In this document: positions 9,355 to 23,001 of the stretch, one piece after another
Position numbering within the stretch: position 1 is the first letter of the stretch
Layout of the letters: every line of letters begins with the position of its first letter
Assembly: GCA_905380995.1 (NCBI GenBank)
Contig: CAJPUS010000066.1
Location: 1-52,476, forward strand
Source of the DNA: an uncultured Flavobacteriaceae bacterium
GTDB taxonomy: Bacteria; Bacteroidota; Bacteroidia; Flavobacteriales; Flavobacteriaceae
Length of the DNA stretch: 52,476 bases
Direction: 5' to 3'
Position numbers and translations under genes: made by a program
The notes under the pieces: generated by a model
What the model saw: the letters and a program-made list of their open reading frames with translations, nothing else
Told to the model about the DNA's origin: nothing
Database searches by the model: none

Positions 9355-10781
9355 TTTTCTAATCCTATTGATTGTCCTATCTTCAACATTAAGTTAAATG
9401 CTTCATCAAAATCATTTTTAATTTCACCATCTAAAATAGCATTCTTGATCTTTTCCTTAATTATTCCAATCTCTTTACATGGTTTAATTTTATAATGATT
9501 CATTATAATTTCACCGGTAACTGGAGGTTGAAAGTTTCTAATATTATCTCTTCCCTCTACATCTTTAATTTTTTTTCTTACAACCTTAAAATTATTATGA
9601 TATTTAATAAACTTTTTTTGATTTTTTGTAGTAATATCTGCCTCGCATAAAACAAGTAAATCCTCAATTGAATCGCCTGCATCATATATAAGTCTTCTTA
9701 CTGCTGAGTCTGTAACTACGTCATCTGAAATTATAATTGGTCTTGAGCTCATCATTACTATTTTTTGGACATATTTAAGAACTTCATTTTGTGGTAGGTT
9801 TAATCTTTTAAATATAACTTTTATCATTTTTGAACCTACATATTCATGGCCGTGAAATGTCCATCCAATTTTGTTATCAAATTTTTTGGTAGGAGCCTTT
9901 CCAATATCATGAAGAAGTGCAGCCCACCTTAGCCAAATATTTTCTGTATTCTTAGAGATATTATCTAATACCTCGAGAGTATGATAAAAATTATCTTTAT
10001 GAGTTTGCCCTTCAACTTCTTCAACTCCTTTTAAATCAATTAATTCTGGTATTATAAATTCAAGTAGATTTAAACTTTCTAAATTTTTAAATCCAATAGA
10101 CGGACTTTCAGTTAAAAGTATCTTATTAATTTCATCAGATATTCTTTCTGGAGACAGAATCTTAAGTCTATTTGCATTTTTTTTAATTGATTTTTGAGTA
10201 TTTATATCAATATTAAATTTTAACTGTGATGCAAACCTTACTGCTCTTAACATTCTTAAGGGATCATCTGAAAAGGTTTTATCTGGTTCATTGGGTGTCA
10301 CAATAATTTTTTTCGAAATATCCTCTACAGCACCGAAAGTGTCAACTAACTCCCCAAAATTTTCTTTGTTTAGTTTTATTGCAAGAGTATTTATTGTAAA
10401 GTCTCTTCTGAGTATGTCATCAAAAAAATTTCCAGATTTAGTGCTTGGATTCCTACTGTCCTTTGAGTAGGATTCTTTCCTTGAACCAACAAATTCAATT
10501 TGAAAATCTTTATATGATATCATTGCTGTACCATACCTTTTAAAAGTTCTAATTTTCTTAACTGGATTTAATTTTTGTTGTATATGTTTTGCTAATTCAA
10601 TTCCTGATCCTACACACATTATATCGATATCTTTTTTTATATCTCTATTAAGAATTATATCTCTAATGTATCCTCCAACAATATATGTTTCAACTGACAA
10701 TTCATCTGCTGCTAAGGAAATAATCTTAAAGATATCATCAGTCCTCAAAAAATTTAATATATCATTTTTAATATTGTTCAT
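9351..10781 (-). CDS. CCA tRNA nucleotidyltransferase / poly(A) polymerase-family protein with C-terminal HD domain
   Basis: 476 aa with a nucleotidyltransferase head (VGGYIRD...DIDI), RRDFTINTLA, and an HD region (HTLEV...LLHDIGK). Confidence 0.85.
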   Translation of the reverse strand: MNNIKNDILNFLRTDDIFKIISLAADELSVETYIVGGYIRDIILNRDIKKDIDIMCVGSGIELAKHIQQKLNPVKKIRTFKRYGTAMISYKDFQIEFVGSRKESYSKDSRNPSTKSGNFFDDILRRDFTINTLAIKLNKENFGELVDTFGAVEDISKKIIVTPNEPDKTFSDDPLRMLRAVRFASQLKFNIDINTQKSIKKNANRLKILSPERISDEINKILLTESPSIGFKNLESLNLLEFIIPELIDLKGVEEVEGQTHKDNFYHTLEVLDNISKNTENIWLRWAALLHDIGKAPTKKFDNKIGWTFHGHEYVGSKMIKVIFKRLNLPQNEVLKYVQKIVMMSSRPIIISDDVVTDSAVRRLIYDAGDSIEDLLVLCEADITTKNQKKFIKYHNNFKVVRKKIKDVEGRDNIRNFQPPVTGEIIMNHYKIKPCKEIGIIKEKIKNAILDGEIKNDFDEAFNLMLKIGQSIGLEK

Positions 10782-11335
10782 CTGAGTTTAATAAAACAAT
10801 CATTTTCATAGTTATACTTTAAAATTCTTGATGATAAATTGCAATGTTTATTTTTTTCAAGCTGTACTACATATCCGACATTCGCTTTTATTATAGGATC
10901 AATATCATTAAAATTAACAGGTACCTTATATCCAGAAAAGTTAGCAGAAGTAGAAACAATAGGTCTACCTAAAGCTTCAATTAGTTTTATGCAAAAATTG
11001 TTTTTTGGAACTCTAAATGCTACAGAGTTATTATTACCTAAGATAAAATTTGAAATTTTTTTTGGATTATTAAATATAAATGTGGTAGGAGATTCTTCTG
11101 ATATCTGTTTACATTTATCAATTTCATCAATATCTGCATAATCCTTAACCATTTCAAAACTTGAAGCCAAACAAATTAGAGGATTTGAATAATCTCTTCT
11201 TTTAATTTTAAATATTTTTTTTGTAGCATTATCAGATGATGCATCACACCCAATGCCCCAAAGAGTATCTGTAGGATATAAAATTGTTTTACCTAATTCT
11301 AGCGCACTTAGCGCATTTTTTAATTCATTATCCAA
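10778..11335 (-). CDS. tsaC: L-threonylcarbamoyladenylate synthase (YrdC/TsaC type)
   Basis: 185 aa with YPTDTLWGIGCDA and VSTSANFSG, typical of the YrdC/Sua5 domain. Confidence 0.8.
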   Translation of the reverse strand: MDNELKNALSALELGKTILYPTDTLWGIGCDASSDNATKKIFKIKRRDYSNPLICLASSFEMVKDYADIDEIDKCKQISEESPTTFIFNNPKKISNFILGNNNSVAFRVPKNNFCIKLIEALGRPIVSTSANFSGYKVPVNFNDIDPIIKANVGYVVQLEKNKHCNLSSRILKYNYENDCFIKLR

Positions 11336-11413
11336 TTTTTGATAATTTTACATGTAAAAGTATTGAAATTAATTCTAAAGATCTTTAATTAAAATTTTCA
11401 AAAAGTTAGAATC

Positions 11414-11845
11414 TTGTTAAATAATCAACAAACAAAATATATTGGTATTGACTATGGAAAAAAGAGGACAGGTATCTCAATTTCTGATTACAATAAATCA
11501 ATATCTTTTCCATACATGACAGTTAAAACAATTAATCTTCTTAAATGTTTAAATGATTTAACAAAAAAAGAGAAAATTGAAAAAATAATTATAGGTAAAC
11601 CTTTTAAACTCAATAACCAAATGCATGCTTTAGAAAATGATATTGTAAATTTGATAAAATCAATAAAGAATTCCTTTCCAGAAATAACTATTCATAGAGT
11701 TGAAGAAAGATTTACATCAAAAATTTCACTTAAAATACTAAACCAATTAGAAACTAGGAAAAAAATTCGAATGGATAAGAAAGTTATAGACAAAATTAGT
11801 GCATCTTTGATTCTTGAATCATATTTAAACAAAATAATAAAATGA
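11414..11845 (+). CDS. ruvX: Holliday-junction resolvase-like nuclease RuvX (YqgF)
   Basis: 143 aa with the IGIDYGKKRTGISISD N-terminal motif. The start is TTG as called in the track. There is a 4-nt overlap with def. Confidence 0.82.
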   Translation: MLNNQQTKYIGIDYGKKRTGISISDYNKSISFPYMTVKTINLLKCLNDLTKKEKIEKIIIGKPFKLNNQMHALENDIVNLIKSIKNSFPEITIHRVEERFTSKISLKILNQLETRKKIRMDKKVIDKISASLILESYLNKIIK

Positions 11846-12417
11846 TACGTCCAATAGTTGCATATGGAGATCCAGTTTTAAAGAAAAGAGCTGAACAAAT
11901 TATTACAAATGATCCAAATGAATTAAAATCGCTTATAACAGATTTATGGGAAACTATGTATAATGCAAAAGGTGTTGGTATTGCTGCGCCTCAAATTGGA
12001 GTTTCTAGATCAATCTTTGTTGCAGATTTTTCTTTTTTTAAAGAAGAAGAAAATTTCTTTGAAGATGAATTAATAAAATTGAAACAAGTATTTATCAATC
12101 CGTCTATTAAGGAAAATGGAGAAGATTTTAATTATCCAGAAGGATGTTTAAGTATACCAAATATTTCAGAAGATGTTGTTCGAAAGAACAGTGTAAAAAT
12201 TAATTTTTTAGATGAAAATTTATTATCACAAGAAATAAATTGTTCTGGAATTATAGCGAGAGTCATTCAGCATGAATATGATCATCTTCAGGGAATTTTA
12301 TTCACTGATAAACTTTCCTATAAGAAAAGAAAAGAAATAAAAGAAGAACTTAACTCAATATCAGTTGGTGATGTAGAAGTTAAATATAAGATGAGTTTTT
12401 TAAATAAGTTGGACTAA
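11842..12417 (+). CDS. def: peptide deformylase
   Basis: 191 aa carrying all three deformylase motifs: GVGIAAPQIG, EGCLS and QHEYDHL. Confidence 0.95.
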   Translation: MIRPIVAYGDPVLKKRAEQIITNDPNELKSLITDLWETMYNAKGVGIAAPQIGVSRSIFVADFSFFKEEENFFEDELIKLKQVFINPSIKENGEDFNYPEGCLSIPNISEDVVRKNSVKINFLDENLLSQEINCSGIIARVIQHEYDHLQGILFTDKLSYKKRKEIKEELNSISVGDVEVKYKMSFLNKLD

Positions 12418-14264
12418 ACTTTTTCTATTTTCTTAAGCTTGTCTCTCCAAAAATCTATCTTTTTTTCAATAGATTCAATTTTAGTTGAAACATTCTTAAA
12501 TAATGGATTATCACTACTTGAATTTGAGAAATACTCTAAATTATTTTGGAACTGATTTGATTCAACTTCAAGATCGGATATTTTCCTCTTAATATTTTGA
12601 ATCTTTTTATTTATCTCATTAGAATTTGTTTTAGTTAATTCAAGTTCAATGTCAAACATTAAATTATCTTTTTCATTTTTATCGATTTCTAATGGCTTTA
12701 TAATTGATATGACTTTTCTTAAAAGACTATTATTAAGAGTATTTGTAGAATTTAAATTAAGCTCACCTATTTCATTATAACTTTTAATTAATGAGATGAA
12801 TTCATCTTTAATCTGATCAGATGAGGAATTCAATTTTGAAAATTTTAGTTTATCAATAAAATTATATTTTTTATCATAAATCTCTTTTTCATTATCGTTT
12901 AAATTGACGGCACCTGATTTTAAAATATCATAAAATTTATTGACCAAAGGTTTGAAATCATTCCATAGAGAATTAGATATCTTCCTAGGAAGATATCCAA
13001 CTTTCTTCCATTCATCTTGAATTTCTTTTATCCTCTTTGAGTTTTCAGATATCTTATTTTCATTAATAATTCTATCTACTTCTTCAATAAGTAATTTTTT
13101 TTTCTCAATCCCCTTTTTTAATTCCTTTTTTTGATTTTTATAAAAATTATTTTTTTCAAAATTAAATTCTTTAGCTACTATTCTAAAGTCATTCCATGAT
13201 TTTTTATTTTTATTTTTTTGTAAATTTTTAATATTTTGAAATTCAACTTTTAATTTTTCAAAATTCTTTATTTTATTCTGCCAATCAGAATGAGTATTGG
13301 ATAAATTGGAAGAAAGTTCCCTCATTTTTGAAATTATAGCTTGCTTTTTCTCATAATTTTCATTTTGAGTAATTGAAATCTCTTTTTGAAGTTTCTGTCT
13401 TTTTAAGTGAATTTTTTGAGAAGCAGATTGAAATCTTGACCATAAATCATCATTATGTTCTCTTGCAACTGGACCTAATTCATTCTTCCATAATCTATGT
13501 AGATCATTTAGATCTCTTGATGCCTTAATTATATCATCGACTTTATCTAGTTGCTCTGCCTTATTAATAATTTTTAATTTCTCCTCATGATTATGTTTAA
13601 AATCAAGTTCCCTTAGGTCTCTGTTCAAATGTAGGAAATCGTAGAAATTACTGACGTGATGTCTATATGTTTCCCATATATTATTTCTATCTGTTATCGG
13701 TACTTGACCAGTATTATGCCATTCCTCCTTTAATAATTTAAACTTAGAGTAAAGTTTATTAGGATTCTCATCAACAACTATTAAGTCTTTAATCTTATTT
13801 ATTAAATCTTGTCTCTTTGATAGATTTTCTTTTTGGTTTAAATTTAAATTATTAAAATACTTTCTTTTTTTAATAGAAAAAATTTTTAAACTCTCAAAGA
13901 ATATAGTTCCAGATTTTTTATTATCACTAAGCTTATTATCCTTTATTTTTTTGCTAATACTTGATCTTAACTCTTCAATTTCCTTTCTTTTTTTGAACCA
14001 ATTTTCAGAGTTTATATATTCTACAAAAAGATTTAATTTATCAGAAAAATCATCACTCTTTGTCTTATTTTTTTTTGTGTTTATTTCGTCTGATTTAGTA
14101 GATGGTTCTTTGTTAGTTAAGGTTAATTTGTAATCACCATATTTCTTAGACCACTCTTTATCTGCCTTAGTCCTTTTATCCTTTGGCATTTCAGGAACAT
14201 TATTTTTAACTGGATCAATAAAATCCGATGAAGACTTTCTCGATTTTTTATTCGAGTCTTTCAT
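12414..14264 (-). CDS. DUF349 repeat protein
   Basis: 616 aa, rich in Lys/Glu/Asn. It has repeated units of the DUF349 type: EWHNTGQVP...IWETYRHHVSNFYD, LWKNELGPVA...LWSRFQSA and EWKKVGYLPRK...LWNDFKPLVNKFYD. Confidence 0.8.
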   Translation of the reverse strand: MKDSNKKSRKSSSDFIDPVKNNVPEMPKDKRTKADKEWSKKYGDYKLTLTNKEPSTKSDEINTKKNKTKSDDFSDKLNLFVEYINSENWFKKRKEIEELRSSISKKIKDNKLSDNKKSGTIFFESLKIFSIKKRKYFNNLNLNQKENLSKRQDLINKIKDLIVVDENPNKLYSKFKLLKEEWHNTGQVPITDRNNIWETYRHHVSNFYDFLHLNRDLRELDFKHNHEEKLKIINKAEQLDKVDDIIKASRDLNDLHRLWKNELGPVAREHNDDLWSRFQSASQKIHLKRQKLQKEISITQNENYEKKQAIISKMRELSSNLSNTHSDWQNKIKNFEKLKVEFQNIKNLQKNKNKKSWNDFRIVAKEFNFEKNNFYKNQKKELKKGIEKKKLLIEEVDRIINENKISENSKRIKEIQDEWKKVGYLPRKISNSLWNDFKPLVNKFYDILKSGAVNLNDNEKEIYDKKYNFIDKLKFSKLNSSSDQIKDEFISLIKSYNEIGELNLNSTNTLNNSLLRKVISIIKPLEIDKNEKDNLMFDIELELTKTNSNEINKKIQNIKRKISDLEVESNQFQNNLEYFSNSSSDNPLFKNVSTKIESIEKKIDFWRDKLKKIEKV

Positions 14265-14317
14265 TAAGTTTTTTTATATAATTTATTTACTAAAATTAAC
14301 AAAAAAAAATTGCAATC

Positions 14318-15067
14318 CTATTTAGATGATTTTACCCACAGATTCCATGACATTTCAGCTTGAAATTTTAACATTTCGTATCCATTTAATGTCTTACATC
14401 CAATCTCTTTTCCTTTTTTGAGGAAAAGTGTTTCTTGAGGATTATAAACTAGATCAAATAATATATTATCTTTTTTTAAAAATTCATAGGGTAGGTTAGG
14501 ACAAGAATTTATATTTGGATATGTCCCGAGAGGTGTGCAGTTAACAATTAATACCTTTCCTTTAAAAAAACTTACATCAATTTCATTATATGATAAATAG
14601 CCATTAGACTTTTTTCTAGAAAATATATTAAATGGAATTTTATTTTTTTTACAATAATAAATAATAGTCTTAGCTGCACCGCCAGTTCCTAATATCATTA
14701 AACTGTCTAAATTATTAATTAAATTGACTTCTAGCGATTTACTAAAGCCGTATATATCAGTATTGTAGCCTATTTTTTTTTCATTTTCAAAACAAATAGT
14801 GTTTACAGCACCAATTTTTTTAGCTTCTTCTGATATGTCATCTAGATAGTCAATAACTTCTTCTTTATAAGGTATAGTAACATTAAGCCCACCTATATCT
14901 TTATTATTAATAAATCTGTTAATTTGATCAATAGATTTTATATCAAAATTTTTATAACTACAGTTTGAAAGATTTATGTCTGAATTAAATTTATCTAAAA
15001 AGTATTTTCTAGAAAATGAATATTCAATATCTTTTCCAATTAATCCATATAATTTATAGTCTCTCAA
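14318..15067 (-). CDS. aroE: shikimate dehydrogenase
   Basis: 249 aa with YGLIGKDIEYSFSRKYF, LNVTIPYKE and a dinucleotide-binding ILGTGGAAK. Confidence 0.85.
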   Translation of the reverse strand: MRDYKLYGLIGKDIEYSFSRKYFLDKFNSDINLSNCSYKNFDIKSIDQINRFINNKDIGGLNVTIPYKEEVIDYLDDISEEAKKIGAVNTICFENEKKIGYNTDIYGFSKSLEVNLINNLDSLMILGTGGAAKTIIYYCKKNKIPFNIFSRKKSNGYLSYNEIDVSFFKGKVLIVNCTPLGTYPNINSCPNLPYEFLKKDNILFDLVYNPQETLFLKKGKEIGCKTLNGYEMLKFQAEMSWNLWVKSSK

Positions 15068-16005
15068 TTTTTGTTAGCTAATCTCTCTAATAAAACTACA
15101 AACAAAATACCAATTAAGATATTGAAAATTGTTATCCAAGTTTCTAAAAGTGAAAAATTTGGAATGAATAATGATACATTTCCAATTATATTTTCATCCT
15201 TCCAAGGCCAAACTCCAATTAAAGATCCTGCAATAAATCCGACAATAATTGAGATAGTTGTTGTTTTATAGTTTTTTAGTAAAGAGCTTAGGATATTTGA
15301 CAAAAAAACCAAACCAACAACTGATCCAGATGTAAATAACAATAGAACCTTCAATAAATACAACCTTTCAACGTCATCAATAAATGTAAAATTAAATGAA
15401 ATTAATTCAATTAAAGTAAAGTATAATGCATTTACAGAGTCTACCATTATTAAAGTATAATTTCCCATAAGTAAAAGTAAATATGAGCCTGATAATCCAG
15501 GTAAGATCATTCCCGAAATTGCAATCACACCAGAAAAAAATATGATTATATTTGAGGTTCCAACATCATAATTTTCTGAAAAACTAATCGTAATTCCAAA
15601 TGAAATACCGAGGATTATTCCAATTAAACTCTTAAGAGAAATTTTTTCTAATTGATAATATATTACATAAAATGATCCAACTATCATTCCAAAAAATAAT
15701 CCAAAAACATATAGTTCATATTCCTGAATAAGCCAGTCTAATATAAGAGAAACACTAAAAAAACTTGCTATTACACCAGAGAAGACAACAATTAAAAATT
15801 TACCATTTATTTCTTCGTAAAATGATTTAAAACCCTTTGTAAATAAGATTTTAAAAGAAATAAAATTTATTTTTTTAATTGAATTTATTAAATCTTCGTA
15901 AATACCAGTTACAAATGCAACTGTTCCACCTGAAACACCAGGAATTTTATTTACGGCACCCATGGCTAAGCCTTTTAAAAAAAGAAAAAAATTTACTCTT
16001 AGCAT
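15064..16005 (-). CDS. DUF368 family membrane protein (PopT-like, putative undecaprenyl-phosphate translocase)
   Basis: 313-aa polytopic ORF containing NKIPGVSGGTVAF and a second PGLSGSYLLLLMG half. The link to undecaprenyl-phosphate recycling is family-level knowledge and cannot be read from this sequence. Confidence 0.8.
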   Translation of the reverse strand: MLRVNFFLFLKGLAMGAVNKIPGVSGGTVAFVTGIYEDLINSIKKINFISFKILFTKGFKSFYEEINGKFLIVVFSGVIASFFSVSLILDWLIQEYELYVFGLFFGMIVGSFYVIYYQLEKISLKSLIGIILGISFGITISFSENYDVGTSNIIIFFSGVIAISGMILPGLSGSYLLLLMGNYTLIMVDSVNALYFTLIELISFNFTFIDDVERLYLLKVLLLFTSGSVVGLVFLSNILSSLLKNYKTTTISIIVGFIAGSLIGVWPWKDENIIGNVSLFIPNFSLLETWITIFNILIGILFVVLLERLANKN

Positions 16006-16023
16006 AATTTAAGATAGAAAAAA

Positions 16024-17403
16024 TTAGACAAGTAGGGTCCTATTTTCAGTAAATTCTGGGAATGATTTAATTAATTTAATTGGAATTTCACAAACCTTAT
16101 TTCCACTTTGGTAAAAATAAATGGCTTCATTTAGTTTACCATCTTTTAGAAGACATCCACTTATTGTAAAATCAATAAATGCTTTATTAGGATAATGCTT
16201 CTTGGCTTTTAAAGATACTTTTAAAAGTTCATGCCACCTTTCAGCATCAATTAAACATTCAATATATCCTTTCCAAACTCTCCATGAAATATTTTCTTTA
16301 AAATCAAGAATTTGATTGTAAAATTTAATTGCATCGTCATAGGACTTAATTTTATAATTTATTTCAGAAATTAACTCTAAAATCTTTATGCTGTTATTAT
16401 TTTCAAATGCTTTATAAGCTAAGTATCTAGATTGTCTATAGTTTTTCTTTTTTATATAATATTTAATTAAAAAAATCCATGGTTTCTCATTACTAGGCTC
16501 CTCCCTAACAGATTTTTTGATGTAATTCAGAAAAAAACTAATATTATTTAACTTTTTATAACATTTAGCAATTCTAAAATATATATATGAATTAGGTTCA
16601 CTGAGCTCAATTGATAACCTAAAATTATCCAGTGCTTCGTTTACTCTACCTAATCTTTCTAAAACTTTAGCTTTTTCTATGTAAGCTGAGACAAATTGAT
16701 CATCAGATATAATTGCAAAATCAAATGCTGATATACTCTCTTTGTATTTTTGTTGCTTGTTGTATATCTTTCCGAGTTGGTGCCAAGCGATTTTAGAATA
16801 GGGCCTACTCTCAAGAATTGAACTTAATTCACTTATTGATTCATCAATCAAGCCAAGGTTTTCATAACAAAATATTAAGTTGTATAGGGATTGGAAGTCT
16901 TCATTGTCATATTCAAGACATTTTTTAAAAAACGGAATAGCAGATTTAAAATCCTCAATTAAAAGAAACTCCATAGCGATCATATTCCAAATATCAAATT
17001 TATCATCTATGAATATAAGAGCTCTTTTTAAAATAGCGATAGCCTCTTCACTATGATTATTTTTGGAGTAAATAGTTGCTTTTTGAAGGTATACTTCTCG
17101 ATTTTCAGGATCTACTTTCTGCAAATAATTTAATATTTCGTAAGCGTCTTCATAATTTGAATTAAATATATGTAGTTCTGAGCTTAATAACATTAGATCA
17201 GTGTTATTTGGATGTTGTTGAAGTCCCATTTTAACTGATTTATCTGCAAGTGAGTAGTTTGCTTGGTCAATGTAATGGTGAGAAATAGAGATGTATTCAG
17301 TAGAATCAAAATAATAGACATTATTTGTCTTTAACATTTCTTCAAATCTTATTATTGAATTGTTTGGGTGGCTCAAATAATATTTTTTGTCAAAGTTAGC
17401 CAA
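16024..17403 (-). CDS. tetratricopeptide-repeat protein
   Basis: 459 aa with repeated about 34-aa A/Y/L-patterned helical repeats throughout. Confidence 0.75.
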   Translation of the reverse strand: MANFDKKYYLSHPNNSIIRFEEMLKTNNVYYFDSTEYISISHHYIDQANYSLADKSVKMGLQQHPNNTDLMLLSSELHIFNSNYEDAYEILNYLQKVDPENREVYLQKATIYSKNNHSEEAIAILKRALIFIDDKFDIWNMIAMEFLLIEDFKSAIPFFKKCLEYDNEDFQSLYNLIFCYENLGLIDESISELSSILESRPYSKIAWHQLGKIYNKQQKYKESISAFDFAIISDDQFVSAYIEKAKVLERLGRVNEALDNFRLSIELSEPNSYIYFRIAKCYKKLNNISFFLNYIKKSVREEPSNEKPWIFLIKYYIKKKNYRQSRYLAYKAFENNNSIKILELISEINYKIKSYDDAIKFYNQILDFKENISWRVWKGYIECLIDAERWHELLKVSLKAKKHYPNKAFIDFTISGCLLKDGKLNEAIYFYQSGNKVCEIPIKLIKSFPEFTENRTLLV

Positions 17404-17463
17404 CTCAGAACTTTCTATTTTTATTCGAGAAAATTATTTTCAACAAAATAATTAACATAATTT

Positions 17464-20351
<2,888 letters not shown>

Positions 20352-20798
20352 TTATTTTTTTTTTCTGCTTGTAGCATATAAATATAGAGAATGATCCTCA
20401 ATATTCACGTCAAAAATTTCTTCAATATCTTTTTTTATGGATTGAATCCTAGGATCACAAAATTCTTTTACTTCACCCGTATCAGTAATTATTATGTGAT
20501 CGTGTTGATTATTAAAGTAACTTCTTTCGTATTGGGAAAAGGAATCACCAAATTGATGCTTTCTAACTAGACCTGATTCCAAAAGAAGCTCAATTGTATT
20601 GTAAAGAGTTGCACGACTTACTCTATAATTTTTTTTATTCATTTTCTCATATAATGAATCTATATCAAAGTGACCATCAGTAGAATATATTTCACTTAGG
20701 ATACTAAATCTTTCTGGGGTTTTTCTGTGATTATGATGATTTAAAAATTTTGTAAAGACATCTATTACTTTATCAATTTTTGTGTTTTTTAAGGCCAT
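20352..20798 (-). CDS. Fur-family transcriptional regulator (lacks both CxxC pairs)
   Basis: 148 aa. It has a winged-helix segment ([17 protein letters not shown]) and an HDH metal-site segment ([10 protein letters not shown]). Confidence 0.82.
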   Translation of the reverse strand: MALKNTKIDKVIDVFTKFLNHHNHRKTPERFSILSEIYSTDGHFDIDSLYEKMNKKNYRVSRATLYNTIELLLESGLVRKHQFGDSFSQYERSYFNNQHDHIIITDTGEVKEFCDPRIQSIKKDIEEIFDVNIEDHSLYLYATSRKKK

Positions 20799-20802
20799 TT
20801 AT

Positions 20803-23001
20803 TTATTTTCTAGATACTTTTTCAATTCCATCAATTGAAGTAAGTTTTTTTAACAATTTATTCAAAATTACTTTATTTTTTACTTCTACGCTTACAAACC
20901 CCGAGAATGTCCCATCATTAGTTTCAAAAGATATCTTATTCATATTAACATTCATTGAATTCGAAATTAGTGAAGTGATACTATTAATTAATCCAATATC
21001 ATCTATCCCAGTTATTTGTATTTGAGCATTAAACTCATGATTCTCAGAGTTGATCCATTTAGCAGTAATAATTCTGTAGGCATAATTAGATCTTAGTGAA
21101 ATTGCATTTGGACAATCCTGTCTGTGAACTTTTATTCCATCTTTGACTGATATAAAGCCAAAAACTTTATCACCTGGAATTGGATTACAGCATGAAGCTA
21201 TCGAATATTTTAACATCTCTTTCTCTTTACCAAATACTAGCTTGTCAAACTTTATAAAATCTTCAATTTCTAAATTTTTGTCAACTCTATTATTGGATCC
21301 AATTCTCCTTTTAAAATATCCCAGGTAACTATTATAATCGCTTGCAAAGCTTTTAATTTTTTTATTATCAATAGACCCAATTCCAATTTTATAATATAAA
21401 TCATTACTAGCTTTTATTTTAAAAAACTTCATCATTTGGCCTGATACTCTGTCATCAAGCTTTATTTTTAACTGCCTTAGTTTTCTCTCAAGTATTTCCT
21501 TTCCATCCATTGAGATTTTATTCTTTTCTTCATTAATGGAAGATTTAATTTTTGATTTTGCCCTAGATGTTTCAACAAAATTTAACCAGTTAATATTTGG
21601 CTTAACATTTTTGGATGTTATTATATCAACCTGATCACCGCTTTTTAGGGTATGACTTAGGGGTACTAGTTTTCCATTAACTCTAGCTCCTCTTGTTTTA
21701 ATACCAATACCTGTATGAACATGAAATGCAAAATCTAATGCAGTAGATCCACTTTTAAGTGATTTCAAATCACCTTTAGGAGTAAAAACATATATTTCTT
21801 TAGAATAAAAATTTAATTTAAAATCCTCAACAAAATCAACAGCATGATCATTATCATGATTTAAAACTTCCTGAAGTTTATTTAACCACAGATCAACTTC
21901 ATTTTTCTTAGATTCACTATGTTTATATCCATAATGGGCAGCGTATCCTTTCTCGGCAATTTCATCCATTCTTTCTGACCTTATCTGTATTTCTACCCAT
22001 TTATTTTGTGGACCTACAACAGTTATATGAAGTGCTTCGTACCCATTTGTTTTAGGAAGTGTAATCCAATCTCTAAGTCTTGTAGGATTGGAGGTAAAAT
22101 GATCTGTAATTATTGAATATATTTTCCAAGCTATAAATTTTTCATTCTTTGGTGTTGATTTATAAATTATTCTTATTGCGAATCGGTCAAAAACTTCATC
22201 AAAAGATATATTCTTTTTCTGAATCTTATTATGAATGGAATAAATTGACTTATTCCTTCCAATTATAGAGTATTTAATCTTTTGATCATCAAGGCTGTTG
22301 TTAATAAGACTTTTGAAAGCTTCTACATATTTTTCTTGATTTACAAATTCTTTATCAATTTTATTCTTTATTAGATTATATTTTCTTGTCTCAAGAATTC
22401 TAAGGCTCAAGTCTTCTAATTCATTTTTAATATTATAAAGGCCAACTCGATGAGCTAAAGGAGCATATATGTATAGTGATTCAGAAGCCATTTGATCTTG
22501 TTTAGCTTTAGTCAGAAAGTCAATTGTCCTCATATTATGTAATCTGTCAGCAGTTTTAATTAATATGACTCTTATATCACTGTGAAGAGTAAGTAACATC
22601 CTCCTGTAATTTTCAGCTTGAATAGAATAGTCTTCATTCTTTTTTAAAGTTGATATTTTTGTTAATCCATTGACAATTTTTGAAATTTCATGTCCAACAC
22701 TTCCATTCAAATCTTTAAAAGTAACATCTGTATCTTCAACTACATCATGAAGGAGAGCAGAAGCAATTGATATGTAATTAAGTCCAATATCTTTTGCAAC
22801 TATCTTTGCAACTTCTATAGGATGATGGATATAGGGTTCACCAGATTTTCTAATTTGACCATCATGACCATTGTATGCAATTACAAGAGATTGATAAATG
22901 ACCTTTTTTTCCTTTGAAGATATTTTTTGATAGCTACTATCTATTAAATCTTCATAGAGATCGTATATATTCTTTGGTAATATTTTATTTTCAATTAACA
23001 C
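20803..23001 (-). CDS. bifunctional (p)ppGpp synthetase/hydrolase, RelA/SpoT family
   Basis: 732 aa with a GTG start. It has an HD hydrolase domain (HHPIEVA...HDVVEDT), a synthetase domain (FAIRIIY...GYEALHITV...EIQIRS), and TGS and ACT-like C-terminal domains. Confidence 0.95.
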   Translation of the reverse strand: MLIENKILPKNIYDLYEDLIDSSYQKISSKEKKVIYQSLVIAYNGHDGQIRKSGEPYIHHPIEVAKIVAKDIGLNYISIASALLHDVVEDTDVTFKDLNGSVGHEISKIVNGLTKISTLKKNEDYSIQAENYRRMLLTLHSDIRVILIKTADRLHNMRTIDFLTKAKQDQMASESLYIYAPLAHRVGLYNIKNELEDLSLRILETRKYNLIKNKIDKEFVNQEKYVEAFKSLINNSLDDQKIKYSIIGRNKSIYSIHNKIQKKNISFDEVFDRFAIRIIYKSTPKNEKFIAWKIYSIITDHFTSNPTRLRDWITLPKTNGYEALHITVVGPQNKWVEIQIRSERMDEIAEKGYAAHYGYKHSESKKNEVDLWLNKLQEVLNHDNDHAVDFVEDFKLNFYSKEIYVFTPKGDLKSLKSGSTALDFAFHVHTGIGIKTRGARVNGKLVPLSHTLKSGDQVDIITSKNVKPNINWLNFVETSRAKSKIKSSINEEKNKISMDGKEILERKLRQLKIKLDDRVSGQMMKFFKIKASNDLYYKIGIGSIDNKKIKSFASDYNSYLGYFKRRIGSNNRVDKNLEIEDFIKFDKLVFGKEKEMLKYSIASCCNPIPGDKVFGFISVKDGIKVHRQDCPNAISLRSNYAYRIITAKWINSENHEFNAQIQITGIDDIGLINSITSLISNSMNVNMNKISFETNDGTFSGFVSVEVKNKVILNKLLKKLTSIDGIEKVSRK

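Noticed and set aside
17432-17453. A/T-only 9-bp hairpin (AATTATTTT-CAAC-AAAATAATT) between the OstA-like gene and the TPR gene.
   Set aside because: The stem has no G-C pair and no following T-tract on the transcribed (minus) strand. Such palindromes are expected in 100% A/T spacers. It is not reportable as a terminator.
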